From contig JWZX01003152.1 in assembly GCA_001275005.1 (NCBI GenBank), forward strand, positions 1 through 63,023: a stretch of DNA of 63,023 nucleotides, in the 5' to 3' direction. This DNA comes from Chrysochromulina tobinii. Lineage: Eukaryota. The notes under the pieces were generated by a model. That model had not been told where the DNA came from and did not search any database. It worked only from the letters and a program-made list of their open reading frames with translations. A program made the translations under genes and the position numbers. Shown here piece after piece: positions 20,978 through 31,225 of the stretch. Position 1 is the stretch's first letter; each line of letters starts with the position of its first letter.

Positions 20978-22828
20978 TCATCTATCGCCCGCGCCCGCCG
21001 TCCGATTCCACGCCTGCATCGCGCCGAGCCACGCGCGCCACGCAGGATCCGAGCAGAGCCCACCACAATACCGTGGCTGACTCGCGGCCTCGCGACAGGT
21101 GAGTTCTCTGCGCATACGCGCCTGCAGGGACTTGGGCCGCAGCTTGCCGTACTGATGCACCATCGCAAACGGGAGGCCCGTGGCGATACCGCCGCTGCTC
21201 GCCAAGGGATCCGAAACCGCCGCTGCCACGGGATCTGAAACCTCCGCTAAGGGATTTGAGGCCGCCGCTCCCACAGCGCCGCCGCCCTTGTCAGACGAGG
21301 GTCGTTGGCCACCTTGACCGAGGGTCATCAGTCGTTGGCTTCGAACGGTCCAGAAGGTCGCGTGCTGGTATCCAAAATGACGGCCGGCGCGCGCCCCGTT
21401 GCCATGGAGCACAGGCCCGCCGAGGAGCGCGAGCACACGCGTGCTCACGTTCAAGCCGGCGAGGCCCAGGTGGAGGCTCTCACCTCGGCTGTCACCTCGG
21501 CTGTCACCTCGGCTGTCACCTCGGCCCTCAGAGCTTCGCGCTTTGTTGAGCTCATTGTGTACCCCTTGATCGAGGACCCCGTGATCGAAGCCACGCGACT
21601 CGTCGCGCCCGTACCTGCGCGTGAGGCTCTCGATGCGCCCAGCCTGGCGCAGCCGGCCCATACGTTCGCGCAGCGCGAGCAAGTACAGCTCGATCGGATG
21701 CGCGTGACCCATCGTGAATCCCGAGCAGCGCCCCGGTGCCTTCTGCGTGCGCTCGAGCACACGGGCGCTGGAGAGCTGACGAACCCAGAGCGCATTGGCG
21801 GGCTGTTGGCCGATGGTGTCCTCGCGGCTCTCCTCGGTGAAGTACAGGTGCTCGCGCTCGTCACGCGCCTCGGCGGCGGCTAAATAGGCAAACGGATCGC
21901 TCTGAAAGATGACATCCGTCGCGTCGACGAGTAAGACACGTTCAGGCCGGCCGGCCGACGAGGCCGTCAGAGTGCGCAGGTGGTTGAGGTAGGCCGTGTA
22001 GCGCGAGTGCTGGAGGGCCGAGTGCTGGAGGGCGCCCGCCCTTCGCTCAAGGTCCACCTCGAGCCGCAGCAACTCGACCCGCGGATGCACGACGTGCGCC
22101 GAGAGCAGCGCGGTCGACTCTGGCGGATGAGTGAACAGATAGAGACGCGCTGAGGGCACGTTGGCGACAAAGGAGCAGACGAACGCTCGAAAGAAGGGAC
22201 TCGACTGCAGAAAGGGACTCGGCGAGTGGTCCAGTGTTGCGTAGACCGCGTTCGGCGGCAGCGGCGGCAGCGCCAACGGTTCGGAATCGTGGGTAGCGGC
22301 TGCCAACTGCCTACCCCAACTGCCAGCGCCACGCGCTTTACTCCTGTCCGCCCTTGGCCTTGGGCCTCTGACATTGCTCGCCCGCAGTGGTGCCTGGCGC
22401 TTCGTTTGGTAGTCGTCTACATCTCTCACGTCCCTCGCGGCCACACATTTCGTGCCTTGCATGACGCACTCGCCCGCGCACTGATGTGAACGGCGGTGAT
22501 CCAAGCACTGAGCGCAGCTTGGAGCGTGATCGCCGCCGCCGCACGACACGCCAGCGGAAGAAAACCACGCGTCGCCCATTTTGGTAAGCCGAACCTTGTC
22601 GGCGAGCTCTGGCCATTTCGGTGCTGTCATTCCAAATGACTTGACACGGTAAGGGTTCACCCGACGAGAAGCGCAACTGTGGCCCATCCAAAATTGCTCG
22701 CAAAGGCAGATGGCAGGGAACTGCGGCGAAGCGAGATGGGCCATACAGCGGCCATGGCCCGAACAGTTCAACTGGCACTGTTCAACTGGGACGGTGGCCA
22801 GAGACGAGATCGACGGGCCTAGCGGCAT
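20978..22828 (-). CDS. EGF-like Cys-rich N-terminus plus GT-A-like glycosyltransferase domain
   Basis: CSGHGRC...C.CEQFWMG.SC; LLVDATDVIFQSDPF, DQGVHN, VHQY motifs; GDSR x3 repeat at 21481-21524. Confidence 0.7.
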   Translation of the reverse strand: MPLGPSISSLATVPVEQCQLNCSGHGRCMAHLASPQFPAICLCEQFWMGHSCASRRVNPYRVKSFGMTAPKWPELADKVRLTKMGDAWFSSAGVSCGGGDHAPSCAQCLDHRRSHQCAGECVMQGTKCVAARDVRDVDDYQTKRQAPLRASNVRGPRPRADRSKARGAGSWGRQLAAATHDSEPLALPPLPPNAVYATLDHSPSPFLQSSPFFRAFVCSFVANVPSARLYLFTHPPESTALLSAHVVHPRVELLRLEVDLERRAGALQHSALQHSRYTAYLNHLRTLTASSAGRPERVLLVDATDVIFQSDPFAYLAAAEARDEREHLYFTEESREDTIGQQPANALWVRQLSSARVLERTQKAPGRCSGFTMGHAHPIELYLLALRERMGRLRQAGRIESLTRRYGRDESRGFDHGVLDQGVHNELNKARSSEGRGDSRGDSRGDSRGESLHLGLAGLNVSTRVLALLGGPVLHGNGARAGRHFGYQHATFWTVRSQRLMTLGQGGQRPSSDKGGGAVGAAASNPLAEVSDPVAAAVSDPLASSGGIATGLPFAMVHQYGKLRPKSLQARMRRELTCREAASQPRYCGGLCSDPAWRAWLGAMQAWNRTAGAGDR

Positions 22829-23164
22829 CGCCGCTCAACCCTGATTGCCACGCGCACGTCGGCCTCAGGTCGCAGGCCGCAGGTCGCAGGATACGAGCTC
22901 AATGGCGAGCCCGCAGATTCGGGCACGGGCGTGTGAGCCACCAACGCGCGATCTCTCCCGCGCCCGCGCTTCGAAAAATTCGTGAACTTCGTTGAACTCT
23001 ACACCGTTCACGTGAATTCTCGGTCGACCTTGCGTTTCCCGCGGCCAACGATACAGACACAACTAAACAGTCGGCGATTGCGATTCGATCTGCCCGGGCC
23101 CACCAGACGCTGTGGCTGTGTGCATCCACCAGTGCCTTGCCCCCACCACCCCACGGCCTCAGCC

Positions 23165-24205
23165 TCACGGCGAGTCGCTGTAGCTGCTGCCCGATGGGCG
23201 CCGTGATGGGCTGCCCTGTTCGACTCGCCGCCGCGGCTCCTCCGGCCTCATCGGGCGCTCAGGCTCGCGGCGTTCACTTGTGACACCCCGCGGGCGCCCA
23301 TCGCCCTGGTCGCGCCCCTCGTGCCCATCACGGCGCCCATCGCCCAGCCGTTGGCTCAGCTGCGCACCGCGCTCGGCTGGGCGAGGTGGGCCTTCACCAC
23401 TGAGCCCACGGCCCGCCCAGGATGCATGAGGCTCCCACCCGTCGTGCCTGCCACGCCCGTCGCTGCGCGCGCCGCCACGCCCGCCGTCGCGCCCGTCGCG
23501 CCCGTCGCCGCGCTCATCCCGAAGGGGCGGGGAGGACCGATGGCGGGGCGGGCTGCGTCGTGAGTGAGGGTAGTGTGGCGGCGGTGGCGGCGGCGGCGGC
23601 ATGCCTCGAGCTGGCGGCGGCGGCCCACCTCGCCGCCCGCCGTCGCGCCAACCGTCGCGCCAACCGTCGGGCGGCGGCCGATGCTGTTGCGGTGGATGGC
23701 CATAGGGTGGTCCCGGGCCCGGCCCACGGCGGCCATACTCCCAGCGCGGCGGCGGCGGCGGTGGCACGCTGCCAGGCCCGGGACCGTCGAAGACGACGCG
23801 CACGACGAGACCGTCTATCTCGGCGCCGTCGAAGACGTCAATCGCTTCGAAGGCGACGCGGCGTGTCTGGAACTCTACCTCGGCGTGCGACTTGGAGCCG
23901 TTTGCACCGCTGAAAACTTTGGCACGCTGCACGAAGCCACAGTGCCCAAATATTTCGCGCAGATGTGCGTCGGTCACATTGCGCGAGAGGTTGCGCACGA
24001 GCAGCACCGCCGGTGGCTCTCTGCGGGGTGATCGCGAGCGGCCGCGACGAGGGGGCGGAGAGCGTGAGCGTGGCCGCTCATCCCGGCCGCCTCGATTGCG
24101 ACCATTGTAGCCCGGCGGCGATGGTGACCGCGATGTCGAGTACGACGAATAGGACGAGTACGACGAGTACGACGAGCGCGATGGCGATCTGCTGCGATCG
24201 GGCAT
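23165..24205 (-). CDS. SR-rich RRM protein, RNPS1/SR45-like
   Basis: RS-rich N-terminus; RRM V.NLSRNVTDAHLREIF...DGAEIDG. Confidence 0.8.
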   Translation of the reverse strand: MPDRSRSPSRSSYSSYSSYSSYSTSRSPSPPGYNGRNRGGRDERPRSRSPPPRRGRSRSPRREPPAVLLVRNLSRNVTDAHLREIFGHCGFVQRAKVFSGANGSKSHAEVEFQTRRVAFEAIDVFDGAEIDGLVVRVVFDGPGPGSVPPPPPPRWEYGRRGPGPGPPYGHPPQQHRPPPDGWRDGWRDGGRRGGPPPPARGMPPPPPPPPHYPHSRRSPPRHRSSPPLRDERGDGRDGRDGGRGGARSDGRGRHDGWEPHASWAGRGLSGEGPPRPAERGAQLSQRLGDGRRDGHEGRDQGDGRPRGVTSERREPERPMRPEEPRRRVEQGSPSRRPSGSSYSDSP

Positions 24206-24375
24206 CGTGCGCTGGCGAGGTTCGACGACCGAAATGTCGAGAAAAATAAAGTTGCGTTTGAGCGACCCTTGCCTTGGGCTAGACTTGGTTTCGCATGGAA
24301 TGTGTGCTCGCAGAGACTCCTCTCAAGAATCCTCTCAAGGTTTCTCAACTTTTTTGATCGGGCCCGTCCACTCCG

Positions 24376-25059
24376 ATGGCATCAGCACCCCGCGCACCCC
24401 GCCCGCCGCGCACTTGCCGCGCATATTACAAGGTGGTTGCTGCCATGCCTGCCAGAACGGACCAACCGCGGCTGCTTTCAATCTTTGATGGTGTCACCTC
24501 CTACACCCTCGGCATGGTGACCTCGCCGACAGGCGGCGTATGGGTATGTCCCGATGTGCTAACGTGTGTGCGGCACGCAGACCAGCTACCTCTTGCAGCC
24601 GCACTTGGCACTGCGCCTCGAGCGATTATCAAGGCGCTGTGCTGGGGCACGCCGCCCGCCAGCGCCCACCCTCCCACCGCCACGAAGCAGTGCTTTGCAC
24701 ATTGCTTGACGGTGGCGTTGCTTCCTTACACGGCGGCCCTGCAGCCCAACACGCCAGTGGGCGTAGATCTCACAGGCGATACCGTATGCGCCCTCGACGA
24801 CCCGCGCCCAAATAGCGCCCCACCGCCACGGCCGCCCGCACTGCGCCTGAACGCCGGGACAGCGGCTCGTACATTTGGCACAGACGGCGGGACTCGGCTG
24901 CAGGCGATGACGGCGACACTGCACGAGGATGTGCTCTACGCCGAGGCGCGGCTCGAGCGCCTACGAGCGATCTCGCGCACGGCCCGCAGCAGAAGCCAAG
25001 AACCAGGTGTGGAAAACCAAAGGCCCGCGTGGATACGCCGCGCGCTCGCGAGGGCCTAG
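24376..25059 (+). CDS. Hypothetical protein, 227 aa
   Basis: ATG ORF divergent from the RRM gene. Confidence 0.65.
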   Translation: MASAPRAPRPPRTCRAYYKVVAAMPARTDQPRLLSIFDGVTSYTLGMVTSPTGGVWVCPDVLTCVRHADQLPLAAALGTAPRAIIKALCWGTPPASAHPPTATKQCFAHCLTVALLPYTAALQPNTPVGVDLTGDTVCALDDPRPNSAPPPRPPALRLNAGTAARTFGTDGGTRLQAMTATLHEDVLYAEARLERLRAISRTARSRSQEPGVENQRPAWIRRALARA

Positions 25060-25158
25060 GGCGCGTCGGCGCGTGGGCAGCTCTGTGAGAGCACAACACC
25101 TTATCACAACTCCTACTGTGTTGAGCCAAGTTTTCACAGCAACACCAAAAACCTTCGA

Positions 25159-27120
25159 ATGGAGTTGGGCCTCGGCACCATGCCGATACTGCGCATGCTG
25201 GCGCTGCTTATTTCCGCTGTGCCGCGCGCAAGCGCATACACGCCGTGGAACCTCGAGTCAGACTACTTCACCAGCACGCTCGTCGGTGGCAACATGGGCG
25301 ACTTGGACGGTCGGCAGACCAACGCATTATTCAACCGGCCGGATGGACTGGCGATTGATGAGCAAGCACAGGAACTCTACATCGCTGACCGCGGCAACCA
25401 TCGCATCCGCCGCGTGCGCATCGGCCATCCTGATGCTTCGGACTACGTCACGACGTTCGTCGGCTGGTACCAGGGCTTCGCAGACGGCTTCGGCACGAAT
25501 GCCCGCTTTGATGAGCCGATCGGCCTGGCGGTCGACGGCTACACTCGGCTGCTCTTCGTGGCCGACTCGGCCAACATGGTGATCCGGCAGGTGGATCTGA
25601 ACACTGCGCGCGTGACCACCCTCGCCGGCTCGCCCGGCGTCCAGGGCTTCGTCAACGGGCGCGGAGGCGCGGCTGCCTTCTCGCGGCCGGCGGGTCTCGC
25701 GCTCGCGCTGCACTCCCGGCAGCTCTTCGTGTGCGATCCGTACAACCACGCGGTGCGCGTGGTCAACGTGGTGACACGCGAGGTGCGCACCCTCGCCGGT
25801 TCCGGCATCCAGGGCTCCGCCGACGGCAGAGGCGAGATTGCGAGCTTTGAGCTTCCACACGCGGTGGCCGTCGACGCCGACGAGCGGACCGTCTATGTAG
25901 CCGAGCGCTCGCCGCGCGTGCGCGCGATCGAGACGGCGTACGAGCCGGCGTCGACGACGACCGTGAGCACCGGCGGCGGCTCGCCGCCGCCTCAACAGGT
26001 TCGGTTCAACTTGACCAACGGTACTGGTATGAGTGCTCCGCCGCCGCCGCCCATCAACCGCAACCCTTTCTCGCCGCGCGTGAGCACTCTCGTGGACGAC
26101 TCTGGACCGTCGAGTGCGAATCTTCAGGAGGTGAGTGGCATCGCGTACGCGTACGACTGGCCCGGCGGCGGCCTCGTACTCGCCGACAGCCGCCGCAATC
26201 GGCTGTACATCGTCTCTCTCACCATGTCCGGATCCGGTCTCTCACGATGGGCTCTCCGAAGACGACTCTCACAAGATGTTGCCCAGGATGATGCTCAGGA
26301 CGGCGCTCCTTCACCGTCACAATCTGTCGCCGAGGACGATGCTCCCTCACCATCAGAAGATGTCTCCGACGGTGGTAGTGGTGGGCTCTCATCGTCGTCT
26401 GGACGGCAGCTGATGCATCGGCTGACTACCAATGCCACCGCCGCGCGTCTCTTCGGAACCAATGCCACGCTCGGCCATCTCAACCCCTGCGATGCCTTCG
26501 ATTTCGCCACGTGGCTCAATAGTGGCGCGAATGGCACAAATCCCGTGACGGTGCTCGCGGCGGCGCTCTCGGCAGCCCGGGCCACCAACAACACCAACAT
26601 GACCCGCGCGCTCGCGAACTGCACCGTCTATGCTCCGCCGCCTCCGCCGTACGTGTCGCCCTATGAGCGGGCAGTGAGTGCGGCGACGCGCGTGTGCGCG
26701 CACGGAGTGGACGCACCCGAGGGCGAGACGTGCCACCCAACGCTGCGACTACTCGCCGGCTCCACTCCGGGGCTGATGGACGGCATGAACGTGAACACAC
26801 GCTTCTACCGGCCGCGCGGCCTCGCGCTCGACCCGAGCACGCAGTTGCTCTACGTGGCGGATTCGTACAACCATCGAGTGCGGCTCATCGACCTGACCGA
26901 TGTGGTCGTGACGGGCGAGGGGAGGCCAGAGACAGATTCCGAGCGCATGGTGCGTGCGTTCCGGCAGAACTTCGCCTTCATCATCATGATCATCGTGGGT
27001 GGCCTCGGCTTCGCGCTCTGCACCTTCTTGTGCTGTCGCTACTTCCCGCTCTGTCCCTGGGCTAAGGAACGTTATCACCAGGAGCAGCTACGCAAGATGC
27101 GAATGGGATCGCGCGCCTGA
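25159..27120 (+). CDS. NHL-repeat beta-propeller type I membrane protein
   Basis: Signal peptide, repeated F..P.GLA.D...LY.AD..NH.IR units, C-terminal TM followed by Cys cluster. Confidence 0.9.
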   Translation: MELGLGTMPILRMLALLISAVPRASAYTPWNLESDYFTSTLVGGNMGDLDGRQTNALFNRPDGLAIDEQAQELYIADRGNHRIRRVRIGHPDASDYVTTFVGWYQGFADGFGTNARFDEPIGLAVDGYTRLLFVADSANMVIRQVDLNTARVTTLAGSPGVQGFVNGRGGAAAFSRPAGLALALHSRQLFVCDPYNHAVRVVNVVTREVRTLAGSGIQGSADGRGEIASFELPHAVAVDADERTVYVAERSPRVRAIETAYEPASTTTVSTGGGSPPPQQVRFNLTNGTGMSAPPPPPINRNPFSPRVSTLVDDSGPSSANLQEVSGIAYAYDWPGGGLVLADSRRNRLYIVSLTMSGSGLSRWALRRRLSQDVAQDDAQDGAPSPSQSVAEDDAPSPSEDVSDGGSGGLSSSSGRQLMHRLTTNATAARLFGTNATLGHLNPCDAFDFATWLNSGANGTNPVTVLAAALSAARATNNTNMTRALANCTVYAPPPPPYVSPYERAVSAATRVCAHGVDAPEGETCHPTLRLLAGSTPGLMDGMNVNTRFYRPRGLALDPSTQLLYVADSYNHRVRLIDLTDVVVTGEGRPETDSERMVRAFRQNFAFIIMIIVGGLGFALCTFLCCRYFPLCPWAKERYHQEQLRKMRMGSRA

Positions 27121-27303
27121 GACCGTGTTGAGCGTCCTTAGACGAGCATTCCCCACATGGCACCGGGGCGCCACCTATACCCTGACGCCCGGCCCGAGTA
27201 TAGCCTGGGGATTCCTCAGAAGGCCTCCATGTATCATAGACAATTGTAAAATACTGTTAAGGTAGCCCTAACCCAACCCAGGTCAAGGTTTGCTTTTTGA
27301 AAA

Positions 27304-27386
27304 TGACGTCTGTGGGATTCGAACCCACGCCCCTTTTCAAGACTACGACCTGAACGTAGCGCCTTAGACCGCTCGGCCAAGACGTC
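27304..27386 (-). tRNA. trnL-CAG: tRNA-Leu(CAG)
   Basis: 83-nt cloverleaf: acceptor GACGTCT/AGACGTC, D-arm TGGCCGAGCGGTCTAAGGC, anticodon arm CTACG-TTCAGGT-CGTAG, long variable arm, GGTTCGAATCC, followed by TTTT. Confidence 0.97.
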
Positions 27387-27519
27387 GTAATGATCTTCGG
27401 TGGCAAGCTACAGCTTATATTTGCGCATTTCCAAAAGCGAATAGGCAAAAGGCAAGCTCTTCTGACTCGTCTCTCGCGGGTGCTGTCCAAGAAGAAGCGA
27501 TCTGTGCTGTCGTCCAAAA

Positions 27520-28701
27520 ATGCCGCCCGCCTGGTCGAGGTACCCCAAGATCGCTGATTCATCGGCCCCGATCATGAGTCGCGCACTCCTCTCCACCGAG
27601 TGGCTCTGCACTGAGAAGGCGCACGGCGCCAACTTCTCCGCCGCGGTGGCCTGTGATGGCCAAGTTCACTTTGCAGCGCGGTCGGGACTGCTCGCGGCGA
27701 GCGACAACTTCTACGGATACAAGAGCCAGGGGCTCGATGCCTATCTTGTGCCACGTGTACTTGCGCTGCGCACTGCGCTCGTGCGTGATGGCTTCGTCAC
27801 CGCCAATGATACTCTGATTGTGTATGGTGAGCTGTGCGGAGGTCATTACCCGCACCCTGCCGTGCCGGCAGTGGCCGGCGGAGTCGGGCCTGTGCAGCGC
27901 GGCGTCTGGTACTCGCCCGCACTTGTCTTCATCGCCTTCGACATCGCCGTCGTGCCCGTTGCGGCGGACGCCGCCGCTGGGGACGGGCGGTTAGCAGACA
28001 TGGCGCTGTCGTCTTCTCACCAGCGCACACGCTTCCTCGACTTTGACGTGGCGCGCGCCGCCTCAATCGCGGCCGACCTGCGTTTCACGCAACCCCTCAG
28101 ACGTGGCACGCTCGCGCACTGCCTCGACCTCGACGTGCGCTTCGCGTCGACGATCCCGACCACCCTCGGGCTGCCGACGCTGCCCGCCGAGCACTCAAAC
28201 TGGGCTGAGGGCCTCGTGGTACGCCCGGTGCGCGAGCCGCCGCCCGATGGCGGCCGTGGCCTCGTGAAGCGTAAGATCCCCGAATTCTCCGAGAAGCAGT
28301 ACTCGCACGACCACTGGCGCGGCGCTCGGCACGGCGCGGTCAGTTCGAGAGGCAGCGCCGGCATGAGCTGGGTGGAGGCCGTGACGCTGCTGCGCTACGA
28401 GATGCTCGCGGCGGTCAACCAGCAGCGTCTCGACAGCGTGCTCTCCAAGAGCGCGCGCGTAGATGCGGCCGACAAGGCGGCATGCCGACGGCTTCTCCAT
28501 GACTTTAAGGTCGACGTGGCCGAGGCGCTTGCCGAAGACGGGCTGCTACAGCCTGCCACGACGGAGCGCAACATGCCCGCGCTGCAGCAGCTTGCTGTGC
28601 GTCACGCGCCGCTGCACGCCGAGCTTGAGGCGGCGAGCCGCACGCTGATCACCAAGTTTCTAAGAGGTATCGGGGCGTCGCTAACCGGTCCTTCGCGTTA
28701 G
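27520..28701 (+). CDS. Rnl2-family ATP-dependent RNA ligase (T4 Rnl2/REL-like)
   Basis: Motif I EKAHGANF, III YGELCGG.YPH, IIIa FIAFDI, IV AEGLVVRP, V VKRK..FSE, plus C-domain VNQQRLDSVLSK. Confidence 0.9.
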   Translation: MPPAWSRYPKIADSSAPIMSRALLSTEWLCTEKAHGANFSAAVACDGQVHFAARSGLLAASDNFYGYKSQGLDAYLVPRVLALRTALVRDGFVTANDTLIVYGELCGGHYPHPAVPAVAGGVGPVQRGVWYSPALVFIAFDIAVVPVAADAAAGDGRLADMALSSSHQRTRFLDFDVARAASIAADLRFTQPLRRGTLAHCLDLDVRFASTIPTTLGLPTLPAEHSNWAEGLVVRPVREPPPDGGRGLVKRKIPEFSEKQYSHDHWRGARHGAVSSRGSAGMSWVEAVTLLRYEMLAAVNQQRLDSVLSKSARVDAADKAACRRLLHDFKVDVAEALAEDGLLQPATTERNMPALQQLAVRHAPLHAELEAASRTLITKFLRGIGASLTGPSR

Positions 28702-29343
28702 CACGGCTGCGTCGCCAAGCGGCTAGCGGCTACTAGCGGGGCTACCGTACCATAGTAGGAGTGGGCTGTGTACGAAGCGTACCCAGGTCCACGGAATCGC
28801 CCGCGCACCCGGCACCGGTATCCCTGGCGGCGCGCTGCGTTGTGTTTTTCTACTTTTTGGTTCGCTTAGCGGAAAAGGCGTGCTTTTTAGAGCGGAGTCC
28901 GGAGAGAGCACAGCACTCAGCGCAGAGCGAGCGGGGCGGGGCGCCTCGGGCGGGGCGGGCGTCGCCCCGTCGCGTCGTGGCGGTGTAAGGGCGTAAATCG
29001 ACAGCGAGTTCAGCGACACACCGTCTCCTCTCGTCTCGATCCGCGCACGAACGATAAAATGCCGTCGGCGTCGCGCGGCGGGGGCCGGACCGGGGTCGAC
29101 ACGAATATCACAAAATGAGGTTGCGAGCCGCGTGCTGGCGTGCTCCGGGTACGCGCGGTCTAAGGTGCGTAAGGACCGTGTTCGTCTATACCGGTACCGG
29201 CACAGAGCCGAGAGCGCCAGTGGACAGGACTTGGGTAAGGGGACCGGATGCAGTGCCACAGCGCACAGGGGCAGACCATCCGCCCATCAGTCAGCTTTGC
29301 GCGCGCGCTACAGTCGAAACAGTCCACCGCTCCACCGCGCGCG

Positions 29344-29423
29344 CTGCAAGCTCCGCGCCGCTCAGCGCTCTAAGCGCTCATCTCAGCGCTCTGAGTGCTC
29401 CTCTCAGCGCTCTAAGCGCTCAC
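29344..29423 (-). repeat. Predicted 3'UTR intron filled with three ~21-nt tandem units
   Basis: TAA-AG|GTGAGC donor directly after the stop, CTTGCAG acceptor, (CTCAGCGCTCTAAGCGCTCA)-like x3 on +. Confidence 0.6.
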
Positions 29424-29425
29424 CT

Positions 29426-30853
29426 TTAGCCCTCATCAGAGCTCGCGGGCCCTCCGGCGACGGCGACGCGGCTATTGACGTGAACGTGATGGTTGGGGTG
29501 GCACGAGGGCGGCACAAACTGAAAGAACTCTTGCCTGAGAGCAGGCTCCGTGGCGAAGAGGGGGGCTAGGCGTTCGTACAAAGCAGCTCCCCATGGCGAG
29601 GGCACCGCCGGCGTCGAGAGCGCCTTGAGCGTGGCCATTTTGGTCACCGCTGGCTCCGGCGTGGCACTCGGCGCCGTAGGCTCGGGGCTCGTGGCAGAGG
29701 TGAGGATGGCATGCAGCTCGAGGAGTGTGCCAGGGTCGTTGGCAAATCGTCTAAGGACGCGCCGTAGGAAGCCATGCGCAAGGGACTCGGCCAGGGCGGG
29801 GCTGAGCGGCTCCGGCCCGTAGCACGCATGGTAGGCGCACAGCTCCGGCTGCAGCGTCTCGATGCGAAAGCCCTCCGGGAGCAGACGGTTGAAGCTCCGG
29901 AGGAGGGCAGGGTGGCCGTCGAGTAGCTGGGCTGCTTGCTCCATCACCTCAATAGTGTCGAGAGCACCGTCCTCGAAGGCGATGAGCATCGCCATGAAGA
30001 GGTACTCCTGCCGCACCGCCTCGGGCGCCGCAAAGGTCGTTCGAAGCTCCTCGAGAAACGCCGACGCTTCCTTTTCCAGATTCGCCTCCTCCAATGCCGC
30101 ACGCGACAGCAGAGCGGCTGGGGGTGCAGCAGCAGCAGTCGCGGTGGCGGCGGCGGCGGCGCCGTCGACGGCGGTGCCAGCCACCGGGCCGCTGGGGCGG
30201 CCGCGCACGAACGGGCCGAGGCGTTCCTTGGCGGTTGTCCCGCCCTCGCGTGTGCCGCCCTCGCGTGCGACGACGCCCTCTCGTGCACCTCCCTTGCCGC
30301 CGTTGCCACCAGTGCTGCCGACCGCCTCACTCGTACGGTCGCTAGGCGCGCCCGCCGCAGCCATGGTGAGCCTCACGCTGGGAGCCGGTGCCCCACGAGC
30401 GACCCCCTGCACGCTGAAGGCCTGGCACCGGAACTCGAATTCATCGATGAGCACCGATTCGATGGTGAATATCGGTGCATCGCTCAGCCATCGCCGTGCA
30501 GCTGCTGTGGCCGGACGCTTAGCGTCGCTCCCTGATGAAGCTGCGACACCTGCACGTTTGCGCTCGCCCGAGCCGCGACCCCTGCCAGCAGTTGGCCCGC
30601 GTGGCGCTGCAGGACGCTTTGCCTCGATTCGCGAGGCGCACAGGTCGGCGTGCTCACTAAGAACGTCGAGGCGGAAGCTCTTGGCACAAATGGGGCACTG
30701 GCCCATGCCCAAGTTGATCCGTGGCGCACGTCGCAGCTCGCGATCGGGCTGCTGACCGGCATGCATCGTGACGAGCGCAATGAGCTCGCACAGCGCGAGC
30801 GCGTGGGTGGGCCTCTTTCTCAAAACTTGACACACGCGCAATCTCTGCTTCAT
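29426..30853 (-). CDS. UBZ-type zinc finger plus Sin3-like PAH domain protein (start may be 30706)
   Basis: CPICAKSF...EHADLC; AFLEELRTTF...QLLDGHPALLRSFNRLLP and a second PAH-like unit ending LRQEFFQFVP. Confidence 0.75.
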   Translation of the reverse strand: MKQRLRVCQVLRKRPTHALALCELIALVTMHAGQQPDRELRRAPRINLGMGQCPICAKSFRLDVLSEHADLCASRIEAKRPAAPRGPTAGRGRGSGERKRAGVAASSGSDAKRPATAAARRWLSDAPIFTIESVLIDEFEFRCQAFSVQGVARGAPAPSVRLTMAAAGAPSDRTSEAVGSTGGNGGKGGAREGVVAREGGTREGGTTAKERLGPFVRGRPSGPVAGTAVDGAAAAATATAAAAPPAALLSRAALEEANLEKEASAFLEELRTTFAAPEAVRQEYLFMAMLIAFEDGALDTIEVMEQAAQLLDGHPALLRSFNRLLPEGFRIETLQPELCAYHACYGPEPLSPALAESLAHGFLRRVLRRFANDPGTLLELHAILTSATSPEPTAPSATPEPAVTKMATLKALSTPAVPSPWGAALYERLAPLFATEPALRQEFFQFVPPSCHPNHHVHVNSRVAVAGGPASSDEG

Positions 30854-31225
30854 GCGAAAATTGCATGCTTCATCAGACGAGGATGGAACGTGGACCCCAG
30901 CGCAGGTAAGCGCGAGAACGGAGCGGTCTTGCCGGCGGATGCGTCGCCCGGCGCGTTAGGTATTAGGTCCTCCGGTGAGACAAAACCATCCTGGACAAAA
31001 CTTTAACGGAATAACACAAAATTTCTCTTGAAATTTCTACGATTACGTTACTATGCTACATGTAACGGGGGCTGCGCCGAGTCGTGTGATGCTCACGCCG
31101 GCCTCAGTCTTCAGTAGCCAACTAGCCATTTCGTCTCCAGGTCCAGTCACGCGCTGTCGTCCGCTCGGCGCCCCACACTCCTGCGCATCCTCATGACATC
31201 TCCTACGAGACCTCACTGTCCGACC

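Noticed and set aside
27266..27280. CCCTAACCCAACCCA telomere-like or telomerase-template-like motif
   Set aside because: Only ~1.5 perfect units and no supporting RNA structure or promoter seen
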